Shown here piece after piece: positions 22,920 to 34,197 of a stretch of DNA of 64,000 bases. Below the pieces are notes generated by a model that worked only from the letters and a program-made list of their open reading frames with translations, was not told the origin of the DNA and searched no databases. Position 1 is the first letter of the stretch; each line of letters starts with the position of its first letter. The DNA is taken from positions 7,626,001-7,690,000 of the forward strand of contig NC_083406.1 in assembly GCF_020745735.1 (NCBI RefSeq), written 5' to 3'. This DNA is from Hemiscyllium ocellatum. Its lineage: Eukaryota. Both the position numbers and the translations under genes were made by a program.

Positions 22920-25560
22920 TTTATTCAGTCGTGGGATGTGGACATCACTGGGGTGGCCAGCATTTATTCCCTATCTCCCAGCTGCTCAAGAAAATGTGAC
23001 AGATTGTCTTAAACCAACTCAGCTCATTTGTGTAGATACTCCCAAAATGTTGTTATTATGGAGGGAGTCCACAATTTTGAACCTGTAGGAACAGTGATAA
23101 ATTTCCAAATCAGGATGGTATACAAGCTTTGGGGAGACGGGGTGGATGAGGAAATGAGTTACTCACTGCCGTATTCTTAGCCTCTGATCTTGCAGCCACA
23201 GTATTGTTATAACTAGTCCAGTTCAGTTTTTAGTTACTGGTAACCTGCAGCATATTATCAGTGGGGTAATTCAGCAATTATGTTACCATTGAATATCAAG
23301 AGAAAATGGTTATATTCTCTCTTGTTGGAAATGGTCATTGCCTCACACTTGTAGAACACAGAAAAGTACAGCACAGAACAGGGCCTTCAGCCCACAATGC
23401 TGTGCCGCGATTACCCCTAATCTAAGGTAACATAACCTAACCTACGCACCCCTCAATTCACTATTGTCCACGTGCATGTCCAGCAGTATCTTAAATATCC
23501 ATGATGACTCTGCTTCCACCACCACCACATTCCATGCATTCACAACTCTCTGCGTAAAGAATCTACCTCTGATGTCTTCTCTATACCTTCCTCCTAACTC
23601 CTTAAAACCAAGACCCCTTGTGGCAGTCAATCCTGCCCTGGGGAAAAATCTCTGGCTATTGCCTCTCATTACTTTGCACACCTCGAGCAGGTCACCTCTC
23701 TTCCTCCTCCTCTCCAGAGAGAGAAAAAAGTCTTAGTCAGCCTCTTTTCATAAGACAAACCCTTCAGTCCAAGCAGCATCCTGGTGAACCTTCTTTGCAC
23801 CCTCTCTAAAGCCTCCACATCTTTCGTATAATAGGGCGACTAGAATTGGACTAATATTCCAAGTATGGTCTCACCAGGGACTTGCAGAGCTGTAGCAAAA
23901 CCTCGCGGCTCTTAAACCCGATCCCCATGTTAATGAAAGCCAAAAAACAGCATATACTTTCTTAACAACCCTATCCTCTTGGGTGGGAATTTTGAGGGAT
24001 CTATGCACTTGAACATCAAGATCCTGCTGTTCCTCCACACTGCCAAGAATCCTGTATTTAATCCTATATTCAGCATTCGAGTTCTACCTTCCAGTATGCA
24101 TCACTTTGCATTTATCCAGGTTGAACTCCATCTGCCATTTCTCAGCCCAGCTCTGCATCCTATGTTGCGCTGCAGCCTGCAGTAGCCCTCTATACTATCA
24201 ACAACATCTCCAACCTTTGTGTCATCTGCAATTTTACTAACCCACCCCTCAACCTCCTCATCCAAATCAATTTTAAAAAAACTACAAAGAGCAGAGGCCA
24301 AAGGACAGAGCCCTGCGGGACGCCACTCACACTGACCTCCAGGCAGAATACTTCCCATCTCCAACTACTCTGACTTCTGGCAGCCAAACAATTCTGAATC
24401 CAGATAGCCAAATCTCTCTATCTCATACCTCCTGAATTTATGAATGAGCCTACCATGGGAACCGTATCAAATGCCATGCTGAAGTCCATGTACACCACAT
24501 CTACTGTCTAACCTTTGTCAACCTGTCTCTTCACCTCCTCAAAGAAATCAATAAGATTTGTGAGGCATGACTTCCCCCTCACAAAGCCACGCTGACTGCT
24601 TTTAATCATGCTATGCTTTTCCAAACAGTCATAAATCCTTTCCCTCAGAATTCTTTCCAAAACCTTGTGTGCTGTTTGTGTTGCTTGCCACTTGTCAGTT
24701 AAACATGGATATTGTCTAGATCTTGCTGCCTTTGGACACGAATGGCCTTGATAGCTGACAAGTTGTAAATGGTGCTGAACATTGACTGTACAATGAATTT
24801 TGCCACTTCTGACCTGATGATAAAAGGTCATTAATGAAGCAGCTGAAGATAGTTGGCCCTGGGACACTACCTTCAGGCAGTCCTGTAGAGATGTCCTGGA
24901 GCTGAGGTGACTGACCTCCAACAACCATCTTCACATGTGCCTGATTTGAATCCAAACAGTGGAGAGTTTTACCTCACTGATTCCCACTGAGTCCAGTTTT
25001 GCTCGAACTTCTTCATGCCACACTCAACAAAACACTGACATGGGCATTGATATCAAGGGCTGTCACTCTCCCCTCCCCTGTGAGATTCAGCTCTTTGGTC
25101 TAATGTTTGAACCAAGGCTGTAATGAGGTCTGGAACCAAGTGACTTTGGTGGAGCCCAAACTGGGTATCACTGAGCAGGTTATTGCTGAAGAGGTGCTGC
25201 TTGATAGTACTGTTACTGACACCTTCCATCACCTTACTGATAACTGATGGTGAGGTAACTGGATAATTTTACATATTGCTGGGTAGTTAGAACTATGCTG
25301 TTAGTGTTAGAACTATGAGAACAGCTTGGCTAGACCCTTCAATACTATTGTCGAAATGTTGTCAGTATTCCCTTGAAGTTGCATAAATAGTTAATAAACG
25401 TTCATTAGATCCGATCTTTTGTTGTGGGATCACTTAGCTCTCTCCTTTCCTGCTTGTGCTGTTTGACAAACAAGTAGTCTTATTGTATAGTTTCACCAAA
25501 TTGGCATGCCTGTTTTAGATAAGGCCAGTACTGTTCCTGGCATGCCCTCCCCTCCTGCAC
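22920..25560 (-). mobile_element. older CR1-group LINE (host of the 23353-24663 insertion)
   Basis: LPEGSVPGPTIFSCFINDL (ORF 24716-24955); 3' end at ~22920 resembles the 39855 element; sequence resumes across the nested CR1. Confidence 0.7.
23353..24663 (-). mobile_element. CR1 LINE fragment nested in an older LINE
   Basis: SQRGFVRGKSCLTNLIDFFEEV, SGVPQGSVLWP, ADDTKVG, FFTQRVVNAWN; CTTGT on both sides (23348-23352, 24664-24668). Confidence 0.9.
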
Positions 25561-26136
25561 TCGGCTATTAATGAAAATGTGACTGGCTTGGATCATCCCT
25601 CCCGTTTTAGAAATTATCAATCAGGCAAATTCCCAACTTTGGAAACCAATGCTCAACACATCCTGCCATTTGCACCTTATTCTTGTCTCAGAGATGGGGT
25701 AGGCTTGGAAAACATCAGCCTATGTGAAACACCAGCTCCTGGTGCTCTTTGCAATGACTCTGGAGTGAGCTGTGGAAGACAACTCTGAAGATTTGCAGTG
25801 CAACGATCAATGTTGATATCACTGATGGACAAAAAAAAAGATTGTTCTGTAAAAGACAGTCCATTAAGAAAACTAGCCTTGGTGTAATCACTAACCCATT
25901 GCTGTGTCTGTTGTTTACAACCCGAGGATAGAGATTACCCTGGAAGAAGGTACTCCAGTTAAACCAATTTATTCACTTTAGCACAAAGAGTTAATCACTT
26001 ATGTTAATATCTAGAGATTCATCATGTCAGATGATCTACATCAACTGGAAAGGAGACCTTCGGGAACACGTTTCTAATTGAATTCTATTGAAGTATTCCC
26101 TTGAAGTTGCATAAATAGTTAATAAACGTTCATTAG
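25364..26136 (+). repeat. exact 45-bp dispersed direct repeat (25364-25408 and 26092-26136)
   Basis: AGTATTCCCTTGAAGTTGCATAAATAGTTAATAAACGTTCATTAG occurs twice, identical. Confidence 0.95.
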
Positions 26137-27148
26137 TATTCACTACTCTGGTTTTTGTAGTAGTAATGATTATACACTGATTCCCGACCAACCCATTGCA
26201 TCAGTCTCTCCCTGCTCAGTCTGGCAAGTCCCACCATATTTTAAAAAAAAACCATCACAGCTCTCTGCCAGTTGACAAGTTAGCACACAGTTCGAATGCA
26301 GTGCCCCTCATCAGAACTCAAACCCTCCACCATTTACCAGCAACCGTGATTTGAATGCAATCTGCCTCAAGGAGACAGCATACTGAACACTCCTGTAGTT
26401 ACACTGAACTGCACCTCCTCACAGTCCTCTGGCTCTACCAACACTGCCAATGTGGGACATTGCTAGCCACCCTGCCACATGGCATGTAATCCTCAGGCCA
26501 TCAATCCAGGTCCAAAGCAAACCCTCATCATTTAACACACCATCCCCTTGATAACATTCCACCTCACAAAAGCTAAATGATACAAGGGACAGCAATTGCT
26601 CAGATATGAAACGGACTAAGAGAGTGCAGAAAGTAGTTGTCTTTTCCAGACAGGATAAAATTGTAACAGTGTCAGACCACACCTCTGAGATAAATGAATA
26701 GGACTGGGATACAGAATGCTCGTATTCAGAGGTCACAATGATTTACACATAGAAACAGTGAGAAGGATAATACCGGGCAGCACCTGCTGAAATTAGCAGA
26801 CACATGGGCAGATGAAAAATGATGTAATGAAGTGATGTACTTTGGAAGAGAAAATAAGGAATGGTAATATTAACGAAATGATGAAAACAGAATGCAGGAA
26901 CTCAGACACTCAAGGGCTCATATTGACAGTGTTTGAGGTGGAAGAGGAAGTGAAGTGAATAATGATGTTATATATAAGGATCCTTGTTTTATTTTCCAAA
27001 GTAGAGATATCAATTGAAAATGCTTCAAAGTTACAGTAAGTGCTTACAAATTACCATCCAGGCCTCAGCCAGCTTTTGAGCACTGCATTTTGGGAAGAAC
27101 ATCCTGACGTGGAAAATGTGCAGCATTGTATGAGGCACAAATTTACAT

Positions 27149-27327
27149 AGGTGAAAGTGAGGACTGCAATGCTGGAGATCAGAGACGAGAGCGTGGTGCT
27201 GGAAAAGCACAGCATGTCAGGCAGCATTTGAGGAGCAGGACAATCGGCGTTTTGGGCAAAAGCACTTCATCAGGGAATGTCGATTCTCCTGTTCCTCAGT
27301 TGCTGCCTGACCTGCTGTGCTTTTCCA
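27149..27327. mobile_element. family-A inverted cassette
   Basis: Inverted arms; 14-bp TSD GCACAAATTTACAT (27135-27148, 27328-27341). Confidence 0.85.
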
Positions 27328-27957
27328 GCACAAATTTACATGGCCAGCTCTACCGAGAGTTCAAACTTTTAGAGAAGATTTAAACACAGATGCTGAGAGT
27401 TATCAGATTTTTCACAGGTAGCAGGATGGTCAATAAACAGAGGACACATGTTTATGATTATTAGCTAACACACTTGGGGTTCAGGGAGTAGATTCTTTTT
27501 CATAAGAGATGTATTATATTGTTAAATGCACTGCCTGGAAGCAGATTAAATAGTAATTTTCAAAAGGCTATTGAATACATCTTTGAAAAAGAAAAAATAG
27601 GCAATAGCTCCAGGGAAAAAAAGATAGGGGAATGGAATTAGGTTGATATATTTTTCAAAGACACAGAGGGATAATGAATCAAAAGGCCTCGTCAGTGCCA
27701 TATAACTCCACAATTCTCTAAATGTGCATCAAAGATATTGTCCAATAAAACTGCTTCTGCAAAGAGTAGTCTGTTTCTTGGCATATCTTAGAGAATGAAT
27801 CAATGCCTCATAAGCACGTTAATTTCTAGCTTCTGCAACACTGTTCTCTGCATGTAATAGATTAAGCAATACAGTCAGCGACAATAGGTTGTATGTAATG
27901 AAAGCAAATAATCATTATTAGAGAAGCTCACTGGTGTGGTGTCAATGGATTAATGGG

Positions 27958-29159
27958 TGTAACATCCCCTGAGGTGATCTGTGGTAGATTCACATCTACT
28001 TTTAATACAAGTAAATCCACTAGACTTCAAAATTAAACATTTAACCCTTAATGGGGGAAGTGCAAAATTAAATATGGTTATTCTGTAAACTCTATATGAG
28101 AGAGAAAATAAGTTTACACTGTGGCTCAAGTCTGGGCAATGGGCAAGGGGTTGGAAGGGTCCCCGGCTGATTTCAGAATTAAGGCTGTTCATTCTCTACT
28201 TCCAGATACAATTCCAGAGCTTATTTTCATTCGGTCAAGTCATCCTAAAACAGAATGATGGGATCAACAGATTTTCCAAAATTTCATGCTGGCATAGACT
28301 GCCGCCATTTTAAAATTTTGCATGGTATACTGCCTGACCTTTTAGGTAGTAGGCTTCTGCACATGTAAATCATGATTATAATAGGACATTTAGAAACTTC
28401 AATTTCAAGGTCACATGGGTGGATCTCAGGTCTTGTTAAAAGAGGCTGCTGTTGGCCACAAGAAAAACGATCTCAAAAATTCTCTGGAATACATTGTTGT
28501 GGAGCGAGGAGCAGCAAATGAGTCCGGGTTTTACCTTCTCGGAATTTGCATCATCTCATTTTGCCAAGTTTTTAGTATCCACTGCGATGACGCTGTGGCT
28601 TTAAGAGGCATGTTTTGTCCTGGTTTATTTCAGGGAGGTTGGGGAACAGGTGCTAAGCAGTCTGTGAGAAGATAAACAACTAGGGTGTGATCAGGCTCTC
28701 ACTCGCAGAACCAGGGATTTCGAGGTTTTAGCTTTCAGCACCAATTGCTGTTGGGGCCGTGAAGTGAAAGCTATTTTTCCCCTCTCTCAATTAGAGCTAA
28801 AAGTTGATAGTCTCTTCCTCGGCTGTTGGATTGCATGTCTGACAAATCTGTTTTCTGAATCTGCCTTTTGCTCAGGGTATTTATGTGAAGTTACTATAAT
28901 GGAACAGTTAATTAGTTAATAGTTACTGTATTCTGTTATGTTTTCCAATAGATTAAGTTATACCAAGTTCCTCTTTCTTTTGTTGTACTTTAACTCTAGT
29001 ATTTGAACAAAACATGTATTTCTTATCGTCCAGTAAGTTAACATAAATTGCATTGCATTTGGAACACAGCACCTGAAATGTGTCTTTAAATTATGAGAGT
29101 TAGGGTCTAGGCTACCTTCTTAATAATATTTTGAAGGGGTCTGGTCTGGCCCATAATAA
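27958..29159 (+). mobile_element. probable solo LTR
   Basis: Begins TGTAACA and ends GGCCCATAATA (decayed ...TAACA); 3' T-rich U5-like block; no TSD recognised. Confidence 0.35.
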
Positions 29160-29848
29160 TACTCTTTAACAAATCCACCAGGTAACAGATCATTGTTGAC
29201 TATTAATTGAACACTGTGATGGAGAAATTGTTTATTGATAACTCAGATGAGCACAAATACTTCTGAAAGTTTTGACAGCAGCAAACCAAATCAGTAGAAT
29301 TGGATGTTATACTTTTCCCGAACAAGAGAGAGTCACATGAGAAATTTCTAAAATCAGAATAATTAATTGTTAAATGATTGACAAACCAATATAAATATAA
29401 TGGTGAATAATATACTCTTACTACCTGTGAAATTTAAATATAGGCTTAAACATAGCAAGGCCAAAAATTTGACATTTCTCATTTTTAAATTACAATTGAA
29501 GTCCATACACCATTGCACAATATTAAAGATATGATCCCAAAGACTGGGAAGCCTGATATTAGACCATAAGACAATAAGATATAGAGCAGGAGTAGGCCAA
29601 ATCAGTCCAATGGGTCTGCTCTACCATTGACTGAAATCGTGACTGATCTGATAATCCTCAGCTCCACGTTCCTACCCTTACCTCGTCACTATTGATCACC
29701 TTACTGATCCGAAATCAGCCTCTCTGCCATGACTATAGTTAATATGATTAAAATCTGTTGCAATTTTTAATATGATGACCCAGCCGTGACGGCACCCCTG
29801 ATAGAGAATGACACAGATTGACCATACTCAGAAAAGAGAAATTTCTCT

Positions 29849-30160
29849 GCGTAGCACGGTGGCACAGTGGTTAGCACTGCTGCCTCACAGCGCCAGAGAC
29901 CCGGGTTCAATTCCCGCCTCAAGCAACTGTCTGTGTGGAGTTTGCACATTCTCCCTGTGTCTGTGTGGGTTTCCTCCGGGTGCTCCGGTTTCCTCCCACA
30001 GTCCAAAAATGTGCAGATTAGGTGAATTGGCCATGCTAAATCTTCCGTAGGGTTAGGTGTAGGGGAATGAGTCTGGGTGGGTTGCTCTTCGGAGGGTCGG
30101 TGTGGACTTGTTGGGCCGAAGGGCCTATTTCCACACTATAGGGAATCTAATCTAATCTAA
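29849..30160 (+). mobile_element. HE1-type tRNA-derived SINE (full length)
   Basis: A box TGGCACAGTGG (29860-29870), B box GGTTCAATTCC (29904-29914), V-SINE core GTGTGGAGTTTGCACATTCTCC...GGGTTTCCTCCGGGTGCTCCGGTTTCCTCCCAC, CR1-like tail ending (TCTAA)n. Confidence 0.9.
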
Positions 30161-30330
30161 ATTCATAATTTGTACTGACTGGAATGTCCCTAACTCTGAG
30201 AATAAGCCATCTGGTCCTAGTCTCTGCCCACGAGGGAAACAATCCCTACACATCCTTTCAAGTCTCCTAAGCAGCTGATATCCTAAGAAAGTCTCCAATC
30301 AGTACAGACCCATTCAACTCAACCTCTCAT

Positions 30331-31105
30331 TGGAGGACACCCACTTAGATGGCAGTAAAATGAAGCTGCTGAGCCTGGGCACAGCATTTCTGTTTGTTTT
30401 TTTTCTTTTTTTCTACCCCACCCTCTCTTCTCTCACTTCTCTTTCCCTCTTCCATTTTAATTTTACTGACGTCCTGTGGAAGAGCTCGGTCAGGGTGGCA
30501 GCGAGAGGGCTCCAGGGTGAGCCAGCTGTACGGGAGGCAGGGTCTCCAGAGCGGCCCAGCGAGGGTGGGGGTGGCTCGGCGGTTGTGGAGGAGATGCGTT
30601 TAGCTTCCCCAGCGTCTGCGCCCAGTGCAGATTCACAATGATGGCAGCCGGGGGGGGGGGGGGGGGGGGGGGGGGAAAGATAATTTGGGCTCAGTACGAG
30701 TTCCCGATAGAAATCAGCAGCTGCTGCATCAGCGAGGTTGGCACAGAATTGACTCCTGGTGGGTTCGGTGTGGCACCCGGTGGTGTCTGCATTGGTGAGG
30801 TCCAACGATGTTTCACTGGAGGGGGGACTGATGGAGGCAAGATGGCACAGAAGTGTGGGCAACTTCTATTCCAGTGTTGGCAACACAACGAGGGGGACTC
30901 ATGCCTGCCCACCAAGCCCATGACAGAGCACTTCACAAGATGGACTATAATGATGGAGAATTACTTCACTTTTCTCCCTTTACATTCTGTGTTTTGGTTT
31001 ATTTTTCTGTGCTTTAAGATGGCACCAGAGAGGGGCGACATTACACAACACTTCACTGTATTTTGTAATAAAATACATGTGACAATAAAGAAATCAAATA
31101 AATCA
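30331..31105 (+). mobile_element. non-coding element with Rex1/Babar-type tail inserted in CR1
   Basis: AGATGGC near both ends, GC-rich body, tail ACTTCACTGTATTTTG..AAAATACATGTGACAATAAA..AAATCAAATAAATCA; host CR1 resumes at 31105. Confidence 0.65.
30650..30675 (+). repeat. poly-G run (26 nt)
   Basis: Direct observation. Confidence 0.95.
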
Positions 31106-33664
31106 TAAGACCATCCATCCATAGCTTGTATCAGCCCAATGAATATTTTCTAGACTGTCTCCATTGCCAGTCTAGATTTCCTTTGATAAAGTTTCTGAAA
31201 CTGTTCACAGTATTCCAGCTGTGGTCTGACCAGTGCTTGGTACAGTTTTAGCAAAACCTCATTCCTTTTATTCTCTATTCCCTTTGAAATAAAGGCCAAG
31301 ATCCCAGTTCCCTATTACCTGCTGAACCTGGATGATATCTTTGCTAGAGTTGATCAGTTTGGTAACTATGTATCTGGAAGCAAGTGCAACAAGGCAGTGA
31401 GATATGAATTACTTGAAGCTACAGCCTGGAACAAGAATGGTGCATGTGTGTGAAAGTGCACAGATCATCACAAGTACAATTAAGTAAACCGCTAACTAGT
31501 GATTATCGAAATGTTGTGGCCCAACATAACAATGGCATTGAATCATTTTGCCAGCAAGTAACAAAAGCAGTAATTATAACATTTTATTGCTTCAGCTGCC
31601 ACCAACAATAGATCAGGTTGGCAGACAATAAGTGATGGTTAATTCTGCAAACTAAATGTCTGAAAATGAATAGTGCTCCAGCCAGCAGCCCAAATGGAAG
31701 GAAGGAAGGAAGTTTAAGAGGAAGAAGCCCTTTGTAGACAATAACGTTGTCAGTCTGACAATGAAGAATTGGGTTTACAATAATTCAAGGCCATTTGGCA
31801 TCTTATTCTGTGAAAACTGGGCGTGGACCAGAGGCCCACATTCTGCTAGCGGTGAACAGAGGCACCCCTCACCTGTACACAGACTCTACTCTCGGTATAT
31901 TCACGTTTTAACTTGAATGCAAGAGAGATAGCTATAGTCATATTACAACGATGCCAATATTTTCAAAGCCCACTATTTTCTGTTAAATACTTTGGGACAT
32001 GCTGAACTTGTAAGAAAAGGTGCTACCTAAGTGTGAACTATTACTGTGTACTTTTTAAAAATAAAAACATAGCCTACAGTTTACTGATTGGCTGTCCAAA
32101 TTTAATTCCAATGATTCAGTTCCAGTTCTTGTTGAGTCTCGGTTACGCTCCGAGTGAACCCTTCAGCTGGAAGGTTGGGAACTGGGACACAGTCTCCAAG
32201 AATAGTAAACAGGAACTCCTGACGACAGTGTGATTTTAAACTTGCGATCACTCACTGGAAAATATCTCAAACCGGAAATGAATAAAGTATGCACCATTTC
32301 TTTGCAGTTCCTCTGTTGAATTCCAGAGCAAAGACCACATTCCCTCAGCAGTTTCGTCCACTCCACTTAACTATTTCATCTCAATTAATGTTGCTTTGTT
32401 TTATGCATTAACTGACATTTCAAAAACCCACTTCCCATTGCAGGCAGTGCCCATATGGTGTAATTTTGTAGTAGCTGAAACACATCAATAGGAGAAGTTC
32501 TTTCTCATCTATGATGCATAGGCAGAAAGGCTTGCATTTTCACAAACACCTTTCCTGAATTCTAGTTACCATGAATTATGGGGTGCACAATGAAATTATT
32601 TCAAAAAGTGTAGTCAATGTAGGAATTGCAATATTCCATAAACACCATTGAGATAATGACCAGATAATCTACATTCCTGATGTTGGTAAAGAGTAACTAT
32701 TGGTCAAGACACTTGTTGATGTTTTTGTAGAGTGCTGTGGGATAGTTTGTGTTGAAATGTGTGAGAACAGAGAGATCAATCACCTTCATGATGTTCCTAC
32801 TCATAAATCAGATGACTTATTCAAATCAAACTATAGAATACTAGAATACTAACATCACAAGGGGCGCTCTTTCGGCCTATTATATCCAGAATAACTCTTT
32901 GCAAGAGCAACTCAACTGATTCCACTTCCTAGATCTTTCCCCTTAGCCTTGAAATCAGTTTCTCTTCAGATAATTATCCAATGCCGTATTGAATTCACTG
33001 CCACAGAAGGCTGTGGAGGCCAGGTCATTGAGTATATTTAAGATGGCGATAGATAGATTCTTGATTGTCAAGGGGGGTCAAGGGTTATGTGGAGAAAGCA
33101 AGAGAATGGGATGGAGAAACTTATCAGTCATGATTGAATGGCAGGGCAGACTGGATAGGCTGAATGACCTAATTCCTGCTATGTCTTATGAAAGTCACGA
33201 GGCATGAAACTGTCCCCAACCTGCTCCCAGGTGGTGCATTCAAGACCAAACTTCTCTCAGAGTCAAAAGATTTTCTCCCAAGTCAGTATTTGTTCACTTG
33301 TCATCATCTGAGTCCTCCGGTTCTTGACTCTTTCCCTCACGGTAAAAGTACTCTCTGTTCACATCACTATTTCAACTCCTTATGATCTTGAACATTTCTA
33401 GGAATTCCTAGATTTATATAACTTTCCTCTCAGCCTTCTTTCTGAGGAAAATCATGATTGTTTCTCCTTTCTATCCACATAATAATCCCTTGTCCCTGAA
33501 AATTATTTTCTCAAGTCTCCTCTGGAACCTCGATAAGAATGTCACATCCCGCCACAATAGAAGTGCCCAGAGTTCGACACAATACTTCAGTTGAGGACTA
33601 ACCAGTGTTTTTTAAAGATTCACCACAGCTTCCTAGCATTTATATTCCAAGCACTAAATTGTAG

Positions 33665-34197
33665 GTTTTCGCAAGGTTTGTGAAGGTTTGTAGCTCAGGT
33701 TGAGGTTTAGGGTGTAGGTTTGCTCACTGAGTTGTAGGTTTGATATCCAGATGTTTCATTACCTGGCTAGGTAACATCAGTGGCGACCTCCAAGTGAAGC
33801 GAAGCCATTGTCTCCTGCTTTCTATTTATATCTTTCTCCTGAATGGGGTTCCTGGGGGTTGTGACGATGTCATTTCCTGTTCGTTTTCTGAGGGGTTGAT
33901 AGATGGCATCTAGATTTATGTGCTTGTTTATGGCGTTGTGGTTGGAGTGCCAGGCCTCTAGGAATTCTCTGGCATGTCTTTGCTTAGCCTGTCCCAGGAT
34001 AGATCTGTTGTCATTTCCTGTTTGTTTTGTGGGACATCACCACAACCCCCAGGAACCCCATCCAGGAGAAAGATATAAATAGAAAGCAGGAGACAACAGC
34101 TTCGCTTCACTTGGAGGTCGCCACTGATGATGTTACCTAGTCAGGCAATGAAACGTCTGGATATCAAACCTATAACTCAGTGAGTAAACCTACACCC
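33665..34197. mobile_element. Penelope/Poseidon-type element remnant (family D): inverted terminal repeats around endonuclease C-terminus, with hammerhead motif
   Basis: Arms 33706-33871 and 34033-34202 are reverse complements. Spacer encodes (minus) SILGQAKQRHAREFLEAWHSNHNAINKHINLDAIYQPL. TSD CTAAATTGTAG at 33654-33664 and 34198-34208. Confidence 0.88.
34121..34160 (+). ncRNA. minimal type I hammerhead ribozyme motif (intact core)
   Basis: CCA-CUGAUGA-U-GUUACCU-AGUC-AGGCAAU-GAAAC-GUC-UGG: stem I CCA/UGG, 7-position stem II with one mismatch, palindromic ACGU stem III, GUC cleavage triplet. Confidence 0.75.

Noticed and set aside
29849-29925. tRNA gene
   Set aside because: A/B boxes continue into the SINE core and LINE-like tail; multi-copy SINE head.
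30413-31108. Pro-rich and Gly-rich ORFs of 149 and 156 aa
   Set aside because: Produced by the poly-G run in a GC-rich repeat; no recognisable domain or splice context.
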